A stretch of 64,000 nucleotides of DNA, from the IMG/VR virus record IMGVR_UViG_3300037297_000135, positions 32,001 through 96,000 of that record; one strand, given 5' to 3'. The notes below the pieces were generated by a model. The model searched no databases. It saw only the letters and a list, made by a program, of their open reading frames with translations, and was not told the origin of the DNA. The number at the start of each line of letters is the position of its first letter. The first letter of the stretch is position 1. The translations under genes and the position numbers were made by a program. Shown piece after piece: positions 24,301-34,601 of the stretch. Origin of the DNA: a virus.

Positions 24301-27300
24301 ATAAGACAAGTTTTCGAAATTGGAGAAGAAGAAGGTTATAATGCAACTGTTGTTAATAAATTGTTAGCTGAAGTACAAAAAAGAATGAATGATGCTAGGC
24401 CTTTGCTTGAAAAAGAAAATGCTTTAATGGAAACTAAAAGAGAAATAATAAGAGATGAAATTTTATCTACAAAAGTATTGAATGAAGAAGAAACAGCTTT
24501 ATATGAAACTATGGTAAAGACTTTTGATGATGTACCTATTGAAAAATATAAAGATAAAATGGAAGAACTTTTAAAAAAGATAAGACAATTTGATACAGAT
24601 ATGAAAGATGGTAAAAAAGCTAATTTTATGGATTTAATTGTTCCAGATATGAATGATTTGGATTTAGAAGGACTTGTAAATAATGTATATCAAGAAATGT
24701 TTAATACATTAGGTGATTCTGTTGGAGATTTTGAGAAAGCAATAAGTGATGCGAAAACAGCTATTCAACAAATGAAATCAGCTCAAGATGAATTAAATTC
24801 AACAGGTAAAGTAACAGAAGATAATTTGATTGCTTTGTTAGAATCTAATTCAAATTTAATAGGAAGTTTGAATGATAGGAAAAAATTACAAGAAGAAATA
24901 AATAAAGTTGTAAAGCAAGAAGCTAAAACAGCACAAGCAGCATATGCAGAAAAATTATTGAGTAGTAGAGCATTTTTTCAAAATATGTTACAAAACAATC
25001 AAATATTATATAACAATTTAGCATCTTTATATGGTGATGATTTAAAAAATTTTAATTCATTAGCACAAGCAAAATCAAAAGTTGAAAGTAGTTTGATAAA
25101 AATAATAGGAAAGAATTGGGAAAGATATTATGATAATCAATTAGATGCTGTAAAAGCTCAAATTAATTTTATGAATGCAACTGCTGCTCAATATTGGATG
25201 TATGGTCGTGGAGCAGAGTTTGAAGCAGAAATGAAAAAATTAAGAACATTAAAAAATACATTACAACAACTATCAAATATTTCAAGTAATATAAAAACAG
25301 TTAATTTTACAGGTGGCAGTTTTTCAATTGGTAGTAGTAGTGGAAGTAGTTCGAGTACAACAAAAAATGATGCTCTTTTAAAAGATAGATATACAGATAT
25401 AAATAATTTAATTAATGAACAAAATGCATTATTGACAATAAATAGAGATAAACAAAAATATTATGAAGGTATGGAAACAGGCTTAAAAAGTAGAATAGCA
25501 TTAATGGAAAAAGAAACAAAATTGCTTGAACAACAAAAAATAAATTATAGTAAACTTGCTGGAACACTTAGGTCTGAAAGAAGTAGTTTAGAAAAAAAAT
25601 TAGCAAACGATGGTGTTAAATTTACTGGTGTTGGTGATGAAAAAATGATTACTAATGCCAAATCAAGAATTGATAGATTAATTAATTTAGTTAATAAATA
25701 TAGAAATTCAACAAGTAGTTCTGGAAAAAAATCATATGAAAATTACAAAAAACAATTAGAAGAATTACAAAACAATATAACTAGATTTAATCAAATACAA
25801 CAACAAGAGCTTGTTCAAACAATTGATAGTTGGAGAAGTATTGATGTTGAAATAAAAAACATTAATGAAAGTTTAAGTGCTTTAAAAATAGAACAAGTAC
25901 TTAAAGGTTTTGTAAAAGCTACTGAAAGATATAAAAGAAGTTTAGAAGGATTAGATTATGAAATTCAGAGATTAGGTGGAGAAACAGAACTTGCCAAAAC
26001 ATCTGATTTAGTAATGGAAAAAGTAAGATTAATTACTGATGAAGTTAAAAATCAAAGATATGCATTAAATAATTTGTTAGCTGAAACAGATGCCAATGTA
26101 ATATCAAGTGATGCATATAAAAATAAACTTGATGAAACTCAAAAAAGTTTAAGACAAAATATTTTAACACTTCAAGAACTTACAAAACAACAAAAAGAAA
26201 ATGCAAAAGCATCTATTTCAGGTTTAGAAAGTAGAATTAATAATATTTTAAATAAAGGTATAGAACTTAGAAAAGAAGCTTTAGAAGAAGAATTGAATCT
26301 TTACAAAGAACATGTTGACAGCATTATACAAGAACGTGAAAGACAGTATGAAGCTGAAGATTTTGAAAAAAATCTTGAAAAAGAATACAAAAACAGACAA
26401 GAACTTGTAAATAAAATCAATAGATTAAATCTTGATTCATCACTTGAATCATATAATAAAAGAAAAGAACTTGAAAAACAACTTCAAGAATTTGATGAAA
26501 AAATATCAGAAATGAAGGAACAAAGACAAAGGGATTTAATAAGACAAAATCTTGAAGACAATGTAACAGCTAAAGAAAAAGAAACAAGTGAAGCTGTAAA
26601 ATTGATAGATGATGAATTTGATATAATCAAACGTAGAGCATTGATTCATGAAACTATAATGTCAGAATCATTTCAAAGTTTACAGGATAAATTACCTGAA
26701 CTCTTTCAAACTTTGGGTGATGGTGTTAATGATTTTTTTACAACATTTGAATCATATGAAGAACATTTTGGTGATACTTTAGGAGATGTTAGTCAAAAAT
26801 TTGTGGATGATATTTTACCTCAACTTCAAAATGCATTTTCAGCAATAGATACATATGAAGAAAGAGCAGCAAAAATGCAAATTCAAAGTTTGCAATTGAA
26901 ATATGACAACACATCAGATAAAGATTTGAGAGCAGCATATAAACAACAAGCTGAATCAATTAGAGAACAATATGGTTTTGAATATGAAAATTTAAGGTTT
27001 GCTAATTTGAATTCAGGATTTTATACAACTGGTGAAACACCAACACAACAAAATGCTCAAAGTGTTTTAGATATTGCAAGTATAACAGCAGACCCAAAAT
27101 TTCAAGAAGAAAAAGCAAAATTAAAGATTCGTGATTTGCAAATTGAATATCCTAGCGCAAATGCAGACAGACAAAAAGAACTTGAAATTCAAGCAAACGC
27201 AATAAGGGATATGTGGGGATGGAGTTTTGAGGATTTGAAGCAATGGGTTCCATCAACGTATGATGAAAAGACTTTAAGGTCTTATGCTGGCGGAATAAAC

Positions 27301-27579
27301 AAAGGACTTGTAACTCAAACAGGCCAATATTTGCTTCATGGTACTTCAAATAATCCTGAATGGGTTTTTACAAATTCACAAATATTTAATTTGATTAAAA
27401 ATCTTGCAACAACAGTTCCTAATATAACTAATAATAGTTTTGGCAATCAAGATGTAATTATTCATATGCCGATTTATGGGAATGTGGATAAAAATACAAT
27501 TCCTTTAATAAAAGAAACAGGGAAAGAAGTTGTAAAAGAATTGAAAAAAGCTTTAAACAAAAAAGGTCAATATAAATAA
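21328..27579 (+). CDS. Tail tape measure protein
   Basis: 2083 aa, helical; TP901-type core (AQTELARAG, DKYAVHSNDFAESISKSG, SGREVGNAIKT); C-terminal YAGG...LLHG..PEWVFT motif. Confidence 0.95.
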   Translation: MMVMAQEKLLAEVRVGYGKLQDDVNKINQILGLINQGKKDIQINVKLQGLEGERFRKVHNNITLMVQQFSRLNQLIMNINKNSSGLGNLGNILNRTVGNGTGTKPTPNTQNNLGTLSNVPGNIIRQSERTTQSGSSTSTLLQDAQGLTTNIVSNGQGQIISRTQELINTNTQFERSLNQIINAYKSLDYQQQNDLTNVRNTMNALTNLSTRYDQNSSQFRRIIAERERLSTVERRLTDEMNRQPLNRLINNYRMLSIEQQRMPTNIRRIINEYDRLIAQYRQEGRAISGLVQQRNQYQRAFSRSVASVRVEMQRMEETVRTTGIGEFLGIGRGSVLGSGDRRAGILNKVANSFIYSMSANAISQLGNATNELVETNKNFELGLIELSRTMDNVTSASIERLGRKAIETASDYGIALKEIQDAQTELARAGISNEEDLKALTETVAIGLNTTEIKNADEMVKYLISTIKQLNLDISDSNTIIDQWNYLSDKYAVHSNDFAESISKSGAASRKLGLTIKDVNSLTTVLVENTQTSGREVGNAIKTLESNLLRPETVKTLESYGIAVKKNAKEFLDFKTIMTNVSNALNEFESNSLATDEILRSIGGTWRKNWIALLTDSWNEIEEINRKQDEAIGYSAKENEKVMQTYAKQVEQLKVSFSELAVAIGDAGLFDMLKTLSSLVNGTLGVFSSLSPEMQKFLITIGQTALAIKLLGVGVQKVFNISIFQSIMKTSLGMKLFRNVTIETTRAQQYLAQSVQAGIITGQDYQRILTGLNTNQRVRNLSVAAAERQERAYAMAMRDTAAASNKVRIASTVAIAGVSIAIGILVSEINKWKEAEKEAARQMEESIVEHTKNSQTLREAITYYKENHDLVKQDENVKTQLIETQKELNELYGKEAEGLDFVNGKYEENIKKISKLRKQELQNLANDLQIQVDANKEIEFALPKASIGQTDILGLDKMVMFFDKAQKMGYKEYLIELEKMQTILRSGNEELIRQVFEIGEEEGYNATVVNKLLAEVQKRMNDARPLLEKENALMETKREIIRDEILSTKVLNEEETALYETMVKTFDDVPIEKYKDKMEELLKKIRQFDTDMKDGKKANFMDLIVPDMNDLDLEGLVNNVYQEMFNTLGDSVGDFEKAISDAKTAIQQMKSAQDELNSTGKVTEDNLIALLESNSNLIGSLNDRKKLQEEINKVVKQEAKTAQAAYAEKLLSSRAFFQNMLQNNQILYNNLASLYGDDLKNFNSLAQAKSKVESSLIKIIGKNWERYYDNQLDAVKAQINFMNATAAQYWMYGRGAEFEAEMKKLRTLKNTLQQLSNISSNIKTVNFTGGSFSIGSSSGSSSSTTKNDALLKDRYTDINNLINEQNALLTINRDKQKYYEGMETGLKSRIALMEKETKLLEQQKINYSKLAGTLRSERSSLEKKLANDGVKFTGVGDEKMITNAKSRIDRLINLVNKYRNSTSSSGKKSYENYKKQLEELQNNITRFNQIQQQELVQTIDSWRSIDVEIKNINESLSALKIEQVLKGFVKATERYKRSLEGLDYEIQRLGGETELAKTSDLVMEKVRLITDEVKNQRYALNNLLAETDANVISSDAYKNKLDETQKSLRQNILTLQELTKQQKENAKASISGLESRINNILNKGIELRKEALEEELNLYKEHVDSIIQERERQYEAEDFEKNLEKEYKNRQELVNKINRLNLDSSLESYNKRKELEKQLQEFDEKISEMKEQRQRDLIRQNLEDNVTAKEKETSEAVKLIDDEFDIIKRRALIHETIMSESFQSLQDKLPELFQTLGDGVNDFFTTFESYEEHFGDTLGDVSQKFVDDILPQLQNAFSAIDTYEERAAKMQIQSLQLKYDNTSDKDLRAAYKQQAESIREQYGFEYENLRFANLNSGFYTTGETPTQQNAQSVLDIASITADPKFQEEKAKLKIRDLQIEYPSANADRQKELEIQANAIRDMWGWSFEDLKQWVPSTYDEKTLRSYAGGINKGLVTQTGQYLLHGTSNNPEWVFTNSQIFNLIKNLATTVPNITNNSFGNQDVIIHMPIYGNVDKNTIPLIKETGKEVVKELKKALNKKGQYK

Positions 27580-27587
27580 TATATATA

Positions 27588-27616
27588 TTGACATAATGTA
27601 TATATATTAATATAAT
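27588..27616 (+). promoter_or_regulatory. Consensus SigA promoter 1 in the TMP-Dit gap
   Basis: TTGACA-17 nt-TATAAT. Confidence 0.8.
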
Positions 27617-27662
27617 ATATATAAGGAACATAATAAACAAATTAACATTTGCATGAAATTAT

Positions 27663-27710
27663 ATAAACCGTGTAAAACTATTTTTTTTTAAAAATATTTA
27701 CACGGTTTAT
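27663..27710. repeat. Perfect 14-bp inverted repeat (terminator or operator)
   Basis: ATAAACCGTGTAAA / TTTACACGGTTTAT, 20-nt spacer. Confidence 0.85.
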
Positions 27711-27725
27711 GTTTTATGTTATAAT
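27697..27725 (+). promoter_or_regulatory. SigA promoter 2; its -35 lies in the right arm of the inverted repeat
   Basis: TTTACA-17 nt-TATAAT with TG extension. Confidence 0.6.
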
Positions 27726-27831
27726 GTATTTGAATGATAAGGAACATTTGGTTATAGGTTAGTAAACAAAAGAACAAAAGAACAAAACACAAATTGTATA
27801 AATATATTTTTCAGGGGAGATAGATATTTAT

Positions 27832-28647
27832 ATGATTTGTGTTTTTTTGTATATTTTTTTTAAAAAAGGAAGTGATATAATGACTGGATTAAATTTTTAT
27901 TTTGATGGTGAATCAAGTGAAGATTATGGGATATATTTGATTCGTGAATCTAATATTGTAAATATTCCATATATACCAGATAAAAAAATAAATGAAGAAT
28001 TTCCAAATTGGTCTAAAAGGCCTTTTTTTTATGATTCAAAATATCAACAATATACGATTAAATTAAGATTTTCAACTTTAGAAAATACTTTAACTGATAC
28101 AAAATTAAATGAAATAGCTTCATGGTTGTTTAAGAATGATTATAAAGAATTTTACAGTGAAGATAATACAGAAAAGATTTTTTATTTAATGGCATCAAGT
28201 AATGTTGATTGTATCAGAACAGTAACAAATGAAGGGTATTTTGATGTTGAATTTAAAAGTTTTTATCCATATGCATTAACAACTGAAGCAACGCCAACAT
28301 ATACAATCACAACAGGAGCAACACCAACAACAGTTGTTTTAGTGAATAATTCAAATGTATATGATTATTATAATCCAGAAATAGAAATAACTGTTGGAGC
28401 AGATACAACAAGTATAAGTATTGTAAATACAAGTGATAGTGATAGAACAACTACAATATCAGGATTGACAGAAAATGAGGTTATATATATAGATAATGAA
28501 AAGAAAAGAATCATTTCAGATACACAAACCTATCCATTTAGTAATTTTAATAAAATTTGGTTAAGATTGATTCAAGGAACCAATAACCTTGATATAACAG
28601 GTAATTGTACAATTGTATTTCGTACACAATTCCCTATATTTACATAA
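27832..28647 (+). CDS. Distal tail protein (Dit)-like (likely start ATG 27880)
   Basis: First gene after the TMP; FYFDGESSEDYGI, YIDNEKKRI, WLRLIQGTNNL are typical of Dit. Confidence 0.8.
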   Translation: MICVFLYIFFKKGSDIMTGLNFYFDGESSEDYGIYLIRESNIVNIPYIPDKKINEEFPNWSKRPFFYDSKYQQYTIKLRFSTLENTLTDTKLNEIASWLFKNDYKEFYSEDNTEKIFYLMASSNVDCIRTVTNEGYFDVEFKSFYPYALTTEATPTYTITTGATPTTVVLVNNSNVYDYYNPEIEITVGADTTSISIVNTSDSDRTTTISGLTENEVIYIDNEKKRIISDTQTYPFSNFNKIWLRLIQGTNNLDITGNCTIVFRTQFPIFT

Positions 28648-28655
28648 GGTGGTGA

Positions 28656-31600
28656 ATGTATATGTTGATTGATAATATAACAGGTTCAAATTATACTTAT
28701 GAAATGTATCTTTGCAAACCTTATGATTCAATGGTTGGATGTACACCAAATCATGAAATATTGGGATGTTTAACAGAATGTAGTGAAATATCATCAGTTA
28801 AAGAAGAGCTTAGAAATGTAAGCGAATTAAATTTTTCAATTAATAAATATTGGAATGATATAGATAGAGATTGGGGAAGTTATAATGCTAAAACAAATGA
28901 AAATTTTGATTTAGTAGTTGATGGATTGTATGTGCTTTTGCAAAAATATATTGATGATACATTGCAAAAAGAAGAATATTTTTATATATGCAATACTAAG
29001 TTCATAGGTGACCAAAGATTGGTTAAAGAAGTTAGTTGTTATTCAAAAGAATATCTTTGGAATAAGATAAAAATTAGAAATTTTACTGATTCTGATACAT
29101 TTAGTACAACTAGAAAAATATACACAGGTGATACGTTTGATGCTGCAACTCCTAGTTTGGGTGGAATAATGGATTATGTGATTCAAGAAAAACTGCAAGA
29201 TACATGGTTTGTGACATATGTTTCTCCTGAAATTGAAAATGTATACAGAACATTTGATTTTAATGAATCATCAATACCTGAAGTAATAAGAAGAATCGAG
29301 GATATGTTTAATTGTATTTGTTTCAAAGATACAGCATATCATCAGTTGAGATTTATTCATTACGATGAATTGTCGTTAAATTCAAATGTTGTAATATCAG
29401 ATAGAAATTTTTTAAATAATATAACAAAAGAAATAAAAACCGATGAAATTGTGACCAGGCTTTATGTGTCTGGTAAAGATGATACTGTAATAAATGGTGT
29501 AAATGTAACTGGAAAACCATATATAGATAATTTTGATTATTTTCATAATTCAACTTATATGAGTGATAGTCTTTATAATGCATTAAATGATTATAATGAT
29601 TTAAAAGAATATTATGAATCTAATAGCACTCCAACATTTAGCGAATTGCTTAGCACATTAACAACTAAACAAACAGAACTTACAACATTGCAAACAGAAT
29701 TATTTAATCTTCAAACAGAATTATATCAACTTGAAGATAACGAAGATTTACTTTTAAAAATTTTAAGGTATATAAATCCAGGTGAATATAATGATGCTCA
29801 TGAATTGACATTAGCTAAAGAAACTGAAATAACAATAAAAGAAACTGAAATAGCAAATAAAGAAGCTGAAATTATTACAATACAAGAGAATATAACTGCA
29901 ATAACATTAGCATTGGAATATTCAGAAAGATTTACAACATCAGAATTAATTGAATTGCAACAATTTATAAACGAAGATACTGTAAATTGTGATACTGATG
30001 ATGATGATGAATTGTATGCTTATGGTGTTGAGGTAATGGGAATAAGAAGTACTCCACCGATTGATTTTACATTGAGTTTAGTTGATTTATATAACACAAT
30101 AGATGGAAGATATGAATGGGATAAAATCGAATTAGGAAATGTAATAAATCTTGAGTTTGAAGATTTTAGTATTTCAACACAACCTAGAATAACAGCAATT
30201 ACACATTCATCTGATAATGATGATTTAAGTTTAACTGTATCAAATAAACCTTTTTTTAATTCTGAATTAGATTATTTAAGTTCGATGATGGCAATTACAC
30301 AACAAAATTCAACATTGTTAAATAATGAAAGAGAAACATATCTTGAATATTCAAATAATGAAGAAAACTTGATTCAATCAGGTGATGAAATTGATACAGA
30401 AAACAATACAATTTCAATGGGTGATGGAACAACATTAACACGTAGAGGTCAATTTTTAAGAGATGTGCTTGAAGCTACAGGTCAAATGAGAATTTTAGGA
30501 GATAGAATTTTATTCACAAGAAATAATTGGGAAGATGAGGATGGTATTTCAGTTGCTATAACAAGTGAAGGAATTTTTTGTGAGAAATTTTTTGCTATCA
30601 CGAATGGTGATGGTTCAGTAGAAATCAATGAAAACAGCATTGTAATTACAGATATGGATTTAACAATGACAACAGCAAGAGATAATACAATTTATTTAAA
30701 TCCTGATATTGGATTCAAAATACTTCAAGGTAGCACACCTACTTTTTATGCTGAAACAGATGGAAGTTTGTATTTGAAAAATGTATATATTCAAAATGAA
30801 GATGGAAGCATATCAATTTCACCTCAATTGATTGATATATTGAACGGTAAAATAAGAGTTAGACATGAAGGTGGAGTTGAAACAATATTAGATGCTTATG
30901 GAATAGAACCAAAGTTTTTAGATTATCATAAAAATTATGTTTGGAATAGTTCGTTTGAAATATTTGACCCTGATACATTAATTCCACAAAATTGGTCTGA
31001 TGGTATTGCATCTTCAACAGCATCATTTCAAGGAACATATTCATGTAAAATTGAAGATGGTGTAACAATTATTCAATCTGATGATGCAGCTATAAATCCA
31101 GATTGGACAAATTATGCAAATGTTCGTGTAGCATTTCAATGTCGTTGTGCGACTGGTGGAGGTGGAGAAATAATATGTTCAGTGTACGATAAAACAAACG
31201 ATAATTATTTCACAATTTGGGATAATAATGGAAATGAATCAACAACATTAACATTTGAAACTCCTGAAACATGGCTTGATTCAAGATTTACGTTTGCTTT
31301 TGACCCTGCTGAAATAGGGCATCCAAGTTGCACAGAATACAAACTTAAATTTTCAAATAATTCTGGAATACATGTTTATTTAGATTGTGTTCAAGCATCA
31401 GTTGATTTTTCTGGAAAATGGGCACAATTATATAAAATAGGGCCATATTCATTAAGTGCTACAGAAATGCCAGATTTTGAATATTGGGTAAATTATTATG
31501 AACAATATATATATGTTCAACCAGATGAACCAGCAACACCACGAGATGATGATTGTTGGATTGATACAGATGCATATAATAGATATGAAGCTTTAAATGC

Positions 31601-31835
31601 TAATGAAGACAAAACTGTTTTGATGTTAGATGAAGAAGTTATAACGTGTACAATTGCAGGTATAACAGTAACATTGCAAACACCTACACAAGATGGATGT
31701 ATTAAATATATTAAAAATATTTCATCAGGTAGTATTACAATTTCAGGTGATTTAGAAAATGGTTCTACTATGAAATTGTTTCCATTAGAATCTATTATTT
31801 TAACATCATATAATAGTACTTGGTATATAAGTTAG
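28656..31835 (+). CDS. Baseplate hub/Tal-like tail protein with coiled coil and C-terminal carbohydrate-binding-like domain
   Basis: Follows Dit; IVTRLYVSGKD, NVTGKPYIDNFDYF, NYVWNSSFE CBM-like motif. Confidence 0.75.
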   Translation: MYMLIDNITGSNYTYEMYLCKPYDSMVGCTPNHEILGCLTECSEISSVKEELRNVSELNFSINKYWNDIDRDWGSYNAKTNENFDLVVDGLYVLLQKYIDDTLQKEEYFYICNTKFIGDQRLVKEVSCYSKEYLWNKIKIRNFTDSDTFSTTRKIYTGDTFDAATPSLGGIMDYVIQEKLQDTWFVTYVSPEIENVYRTFDFNESSIPEVIRRIEDMFNCICFKDTAYHQLRFIHYDELSLNSNVVISDRNFLNNITKEIKTDEIVTRLYVSGKDDTVINGVNVTGKPYIDNFDYFHNSTYMSDSLYNALNDYNDLKEYYESNSTPTFSELLSTLTTKQTELTTLQTELFNLQTELYQLEDNEDLLLKILRYINPGEYNDAHELTLAKETEITIKETEIANKEAEIITIQENITAITLALEYSERFTTSELIELQQFINEDTVNCDTDDDDELYAYGVEVMGIRSTPPIDFTLSLVDLYNTIDGRYEWDKIELGNVINLEFEDFSISTQPRITAITHSSDNDDLSLTVSNKPFFNSELDYLSSMMAITQQNSTLLNNERETYLEYSNNEENLIQSGDEIDTENNTISMGDGTTLTRRGQFLRDVLEATGQMRILGDRILFTRNNWEDEDGISVAITSEGIFCEKFFAITNGDGSVEINENSIVITDMDLTMTTARDNTIYLNPDIGFKILQGSTPTFYAETDGSLYLKNVYIQNEDGSISISPQLIDILNGKIRVRHEGGVETILDAYGIEPKFLDYHKNYVWNSSFEIFDPDTLIPQNWSDGIASSTASFQGTYSCKIEDGVTIIQSDDAAINPDWTNYANVRVAFQCRCATGGGGEIICSVYDKTNDNYFTIWDNNGNESTTLTFETPETWLDSRFTFAFDPAEIGHPSCTEYKLKFSNNSGIHVYLDCVQASVDFSGKWAQLYKIGPYSLSATEMPDFEYWVNYYEQYIYVQPDEPATPRDDDCWIDTDAYNRYEALNANEDKTVLMLDEEVITCTIAGITVTLQTPTQDGCIKYIKNISSGSITISGDLENGSTMKLFPLESIILTSYNSTWYIS

Positions 31836-31845
31836 GGGTGATATT

Positions 31846-33084
31846 ATGAATTTTGATGGAAGTGAAACATTATATGACCTTATACCAGAAGAAACAATTA
31901 CAGATGCTAGTAATGCATACACAAGAAAAAGTTTTAAAACAAATAATTATTGGTATTTATTTACTGGTAATTATTATGTAGATACAATATTTAAAAGTGT
32001 AGATTTATCAACATGGACTGAAATACCATTGCCAGAAACATATGGTGTATATAGTCTTTCAACGTTTTGTATATATGTTGATAGCAATGATGTAATTTAT
32101 GCTGTTTGTCAAGCAAGACAAAGTCCAGCACCATTTACGTATAAAGTATTATATGGAGAATATAATGGTAGTTGGACTTGGGAAATTATTGATTTACCAT
32201 CAAATTATCCGATAACACCGTATATTGTAGTAGATACAAGTGGAACAACACATATAGCAATAGAATTATATAGTATAAATATTTATTATACTGAAAATTC
32301 AGGAGGATGGTCAGCATGGGAATCAATGAATACATATTATGGTGGAAATTCATTGATTACAGGAATAGATATAGATATAAGTAATAATATTTATATTTTT
32401 GGTTCTGAAAGTGATGGTATTGGTGGATATGTTACAGCTTGTTATGTAAAATCTGGTGGTTCATGGACTACTATACCATTTTCAGATAATGGCTTGTATT
32501 CTGCAAATATAGTAACAGAAGATTCAACTGTATATTTTATTTATACAACATATGAATATGTATATTTGGTAAGTGGTACAGGAACAAGTTTATCAAGAGA
32601 GACATTAGTGAATATACCTGGTGTTGTTATCGCTGGTGCAGTTGGTATTTGTCATGATGGAACAAATTTGCATATGATGTATATATATAATGATAGTGGA
32701 ATAATATATACAAAATATATTTATGGAACCCCTGGTGATTTTTCATCTCCAATAAACATGTTAAATGCACCAAGTTATTCGATTTTTGATTATCCTTTCT
32801 TTTACGCTGAGGGTATGTGGGCAGATGCAAACAGATTAATGTGGGCTTGCTCTGGTGCAGGAGAACCATATTATTTTATTATTGGTGAAAATGATGCTAC
32901 ACAAGGCAATGATGAAGAAGAACCAAGTGAATCTGGTGGAAGATTTTATCATTATAATGCTGCTCAAACTGCTTTTAAATTAACTAGAAATATAAAATAT
33001 AATGATTCTGGGACATATAAAATAGCACGAAAAATGTTAAGTTATGGTGATTTAACAGGTGTATTTAAACGTGTTCGTTTTTAA
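31846..33084 (+). CDS. Putative receptor-binding/tail appendage protein (beta-propeller-like)
   Basis: S/T/G/Y/W-rich beta repeats (SVDLSTWTEI, YNGSWTWE, GGWSAWE); tail module position. Confidence 0.55.
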   Translation: MNFDGSETLYDLIPEETITDASNAYTRKSFKTNNYWYLFTGNYYVDTIFKSVDLSTWTEIPLPETYGVYSLSTFCIYVDSNDVIYAVCQARQSPAPFTYKVLYGEYNGSWTWEIIDLPSNYPITPYIVVDTSGTTHIAIELYSINIYYTENSGGWSAWESMNTYYGGNSLITGIDIDISNNIYIFGSESDGIGGYVTACYVKSGGSWTTIPFSDNGLYSANIVTEDSTVYFIYTTYEYVYLVSGTGTSLSRETLVNIPGVVIAGAVGICHDGTNLHMMYIYNDSGIIYTKYIYGTPGDFSSPINMLNAPSYSIFDYPFFYAEGMWADANRLMWACSGAGEPYYFIIGENDATQGNDEEEPSESGGRFYHYNAAQTAFKLTRNIKYNDSGTYKIARKMLSYGDLTGVFKRVRF

Positions 33085-33096
33085 GGGGGTGATAAA

Positions 33097-34017
33097 TTGA
33101 GTTTTATAAAACAAAAACCTGTGTATGTTTTAGATGGAGATTCGGCAACACCTACATTGACTTCTCAAAATATGGGAGAAGTCATTTTTAGTGCTTCTAG
33201 TGACAAAGATTTGTATTTGGGTTATCCAGAAGATGGTTTATGGTACAGGATTTTGAATACAACTAATTATAATTTAAATATAATTTCAGCAACACCAACA
33301 GCACCAGATATATCAACAATAGTAAATTTAACTTCGCATGAAGATAAATTATTAATATCTAATAATAATAATTGGTATGCATTTAGTAGTAATTATTGGA
33401 TGACTGGTGTTTTTGGAAATGTAACAGAAAACAATTATGCTGAATTTGAAAACACAGGATTTTTACAATTTAATGGTTCTGCTGGAAGTTATAATGATGT
33501 GCCTCCAAATCCAATTATAAAATCAAAAGTTGGAGGAAGTGGGGTTCCTACATTAACAACATTTGTAGGGAATATTGAACAATATACTTTTGCTGTGAAT
33601 GATTATGTATATGATAATTTTGAATTTTTACATGAATATGAAGAAGGAACAGATTTTGAAATGCATTTGCATTGGGCGACAAATGGAGTAGATACAACAG
33701 ATAGATATGTAAAATTCGAATATGAATATACAGTTTCAAATTCAGCAGCTACACCAACTTTTTATCAATTCCCATCATCAACTGTTATTTCAGCAGAAAT
33801 TATGATTCCTGCAAATACTCCAGACAAAACACATATAAAAAGTACAATTGGTTTAGAAGATGGTACAGGTCTTAAAATTGGTGCTATATTGGCATATAGA
33901 TTAAAACGTATATCAGCTTCAGGAACAGCACCTTCAAACAATCCATTTGTTTTGCAGGCAGGATGTCATATAAAACAAGATACTGGTGGTTCGCGAACGA
34001 GATATACAAAAACATAG
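33097..34017 (+). CDS. Putative tail fibre/structural protein
   Basis: T/S/G-rich beta protein in the tail module; FEMHLHW motif. Confidence 0.5.
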   Translation: MSFIKQKPVYVLDGDSATPTLTSQNMGEVIFSASSDKDLYLGYPEDGLWYRILNTTNYNLNIISATPTAPDISTIVNLTSHEDKLLISNNNNWYAFSSNYWMTGVFGNVTENNYAEFENTGFLQFNGSAGSYNDVPPNPIIKSKVGGSGVPTLTTFVGNIEQYTFAVNDYVYDNFEFLHEYEEGTDFEMHLHWATNGVDTTDRYVKFEYEYTVSNSAATPTFYQFPSSTVISAEIMIPANTPDKTHIKSTIGLEDGTGLKIGAILAYRLKRISASGTAPSNNPFVLQAGCHIKQDTGGSRTRYTKT

Positions 34018-34029
34018 TGAGGGATTTGT

Positions 34030-34515
34030 ATGTTGAATTTTTTAATAAATATATTGTCAAATAATACATATAAAATAAATATTGAAGCAATTGGCAACAA
34101 AAGTTTATTCAGTATTTATGCTTCTTTATTTGCATATTTATATAGTAGTTTTGATGAAATTATTGCAATATATACAGTTTTAATATTAATTGATTATATA
34201 TTAGGAATGATATTTTCTATGAAAAACAAAACATTTTGTATTAAAAAAGGATTTTTAGGTGCAGTAAATAAATTGTTGTGTTTTACAGTTATAATAGTTG
34301 CTATGCTTTTAGATTATTTGATGATGCATTTGTCAAATAAATATGGAATTGATATTAAAATAAATTATATCGCAATATTAACTTCAATTTTTTTAATTGT
34401 GAACGAAGGTTCAAGTATAATTAGGAATTGGAAATGTTTAGGAATTGAAACTCCTTTTTATTTAAAAGGAGTTTTTGATTTTTTAAAAAATATAAAGAAT
34501 ATAAACAAAAAGTAA
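34030..34515 (+). CDS. Phage holin (Phage_holin_4_1 type)
   Basis: Transmembrane segments; LIDYILGM, KKGFLGAVNK, IVNEGSSIIRNWKCLGIETP. Confidence 0.85.
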   Translation: MLNFLINILSNNTYKINIEAIGNKSLFSIYASLFAYLYSSFDEIIAIYTVLILIDYILGMIFSMKNKTFCIKKGFLGAVNKLLCFTVIIVAMLLDYLMMHLSNKYGIDIKINYIAILTSIFLIVNEGSSIIRNWKCLGIETPFYLKGVFDFLKNIKNINKK

Positions 34516-34601
34516 AAAATATGTATTTGTATTCAAATTTGAAGTTATGTAAACTAAATGTTATAATATTTATATAATATTTTAATAGGGGAGTTACAAA
34601 T

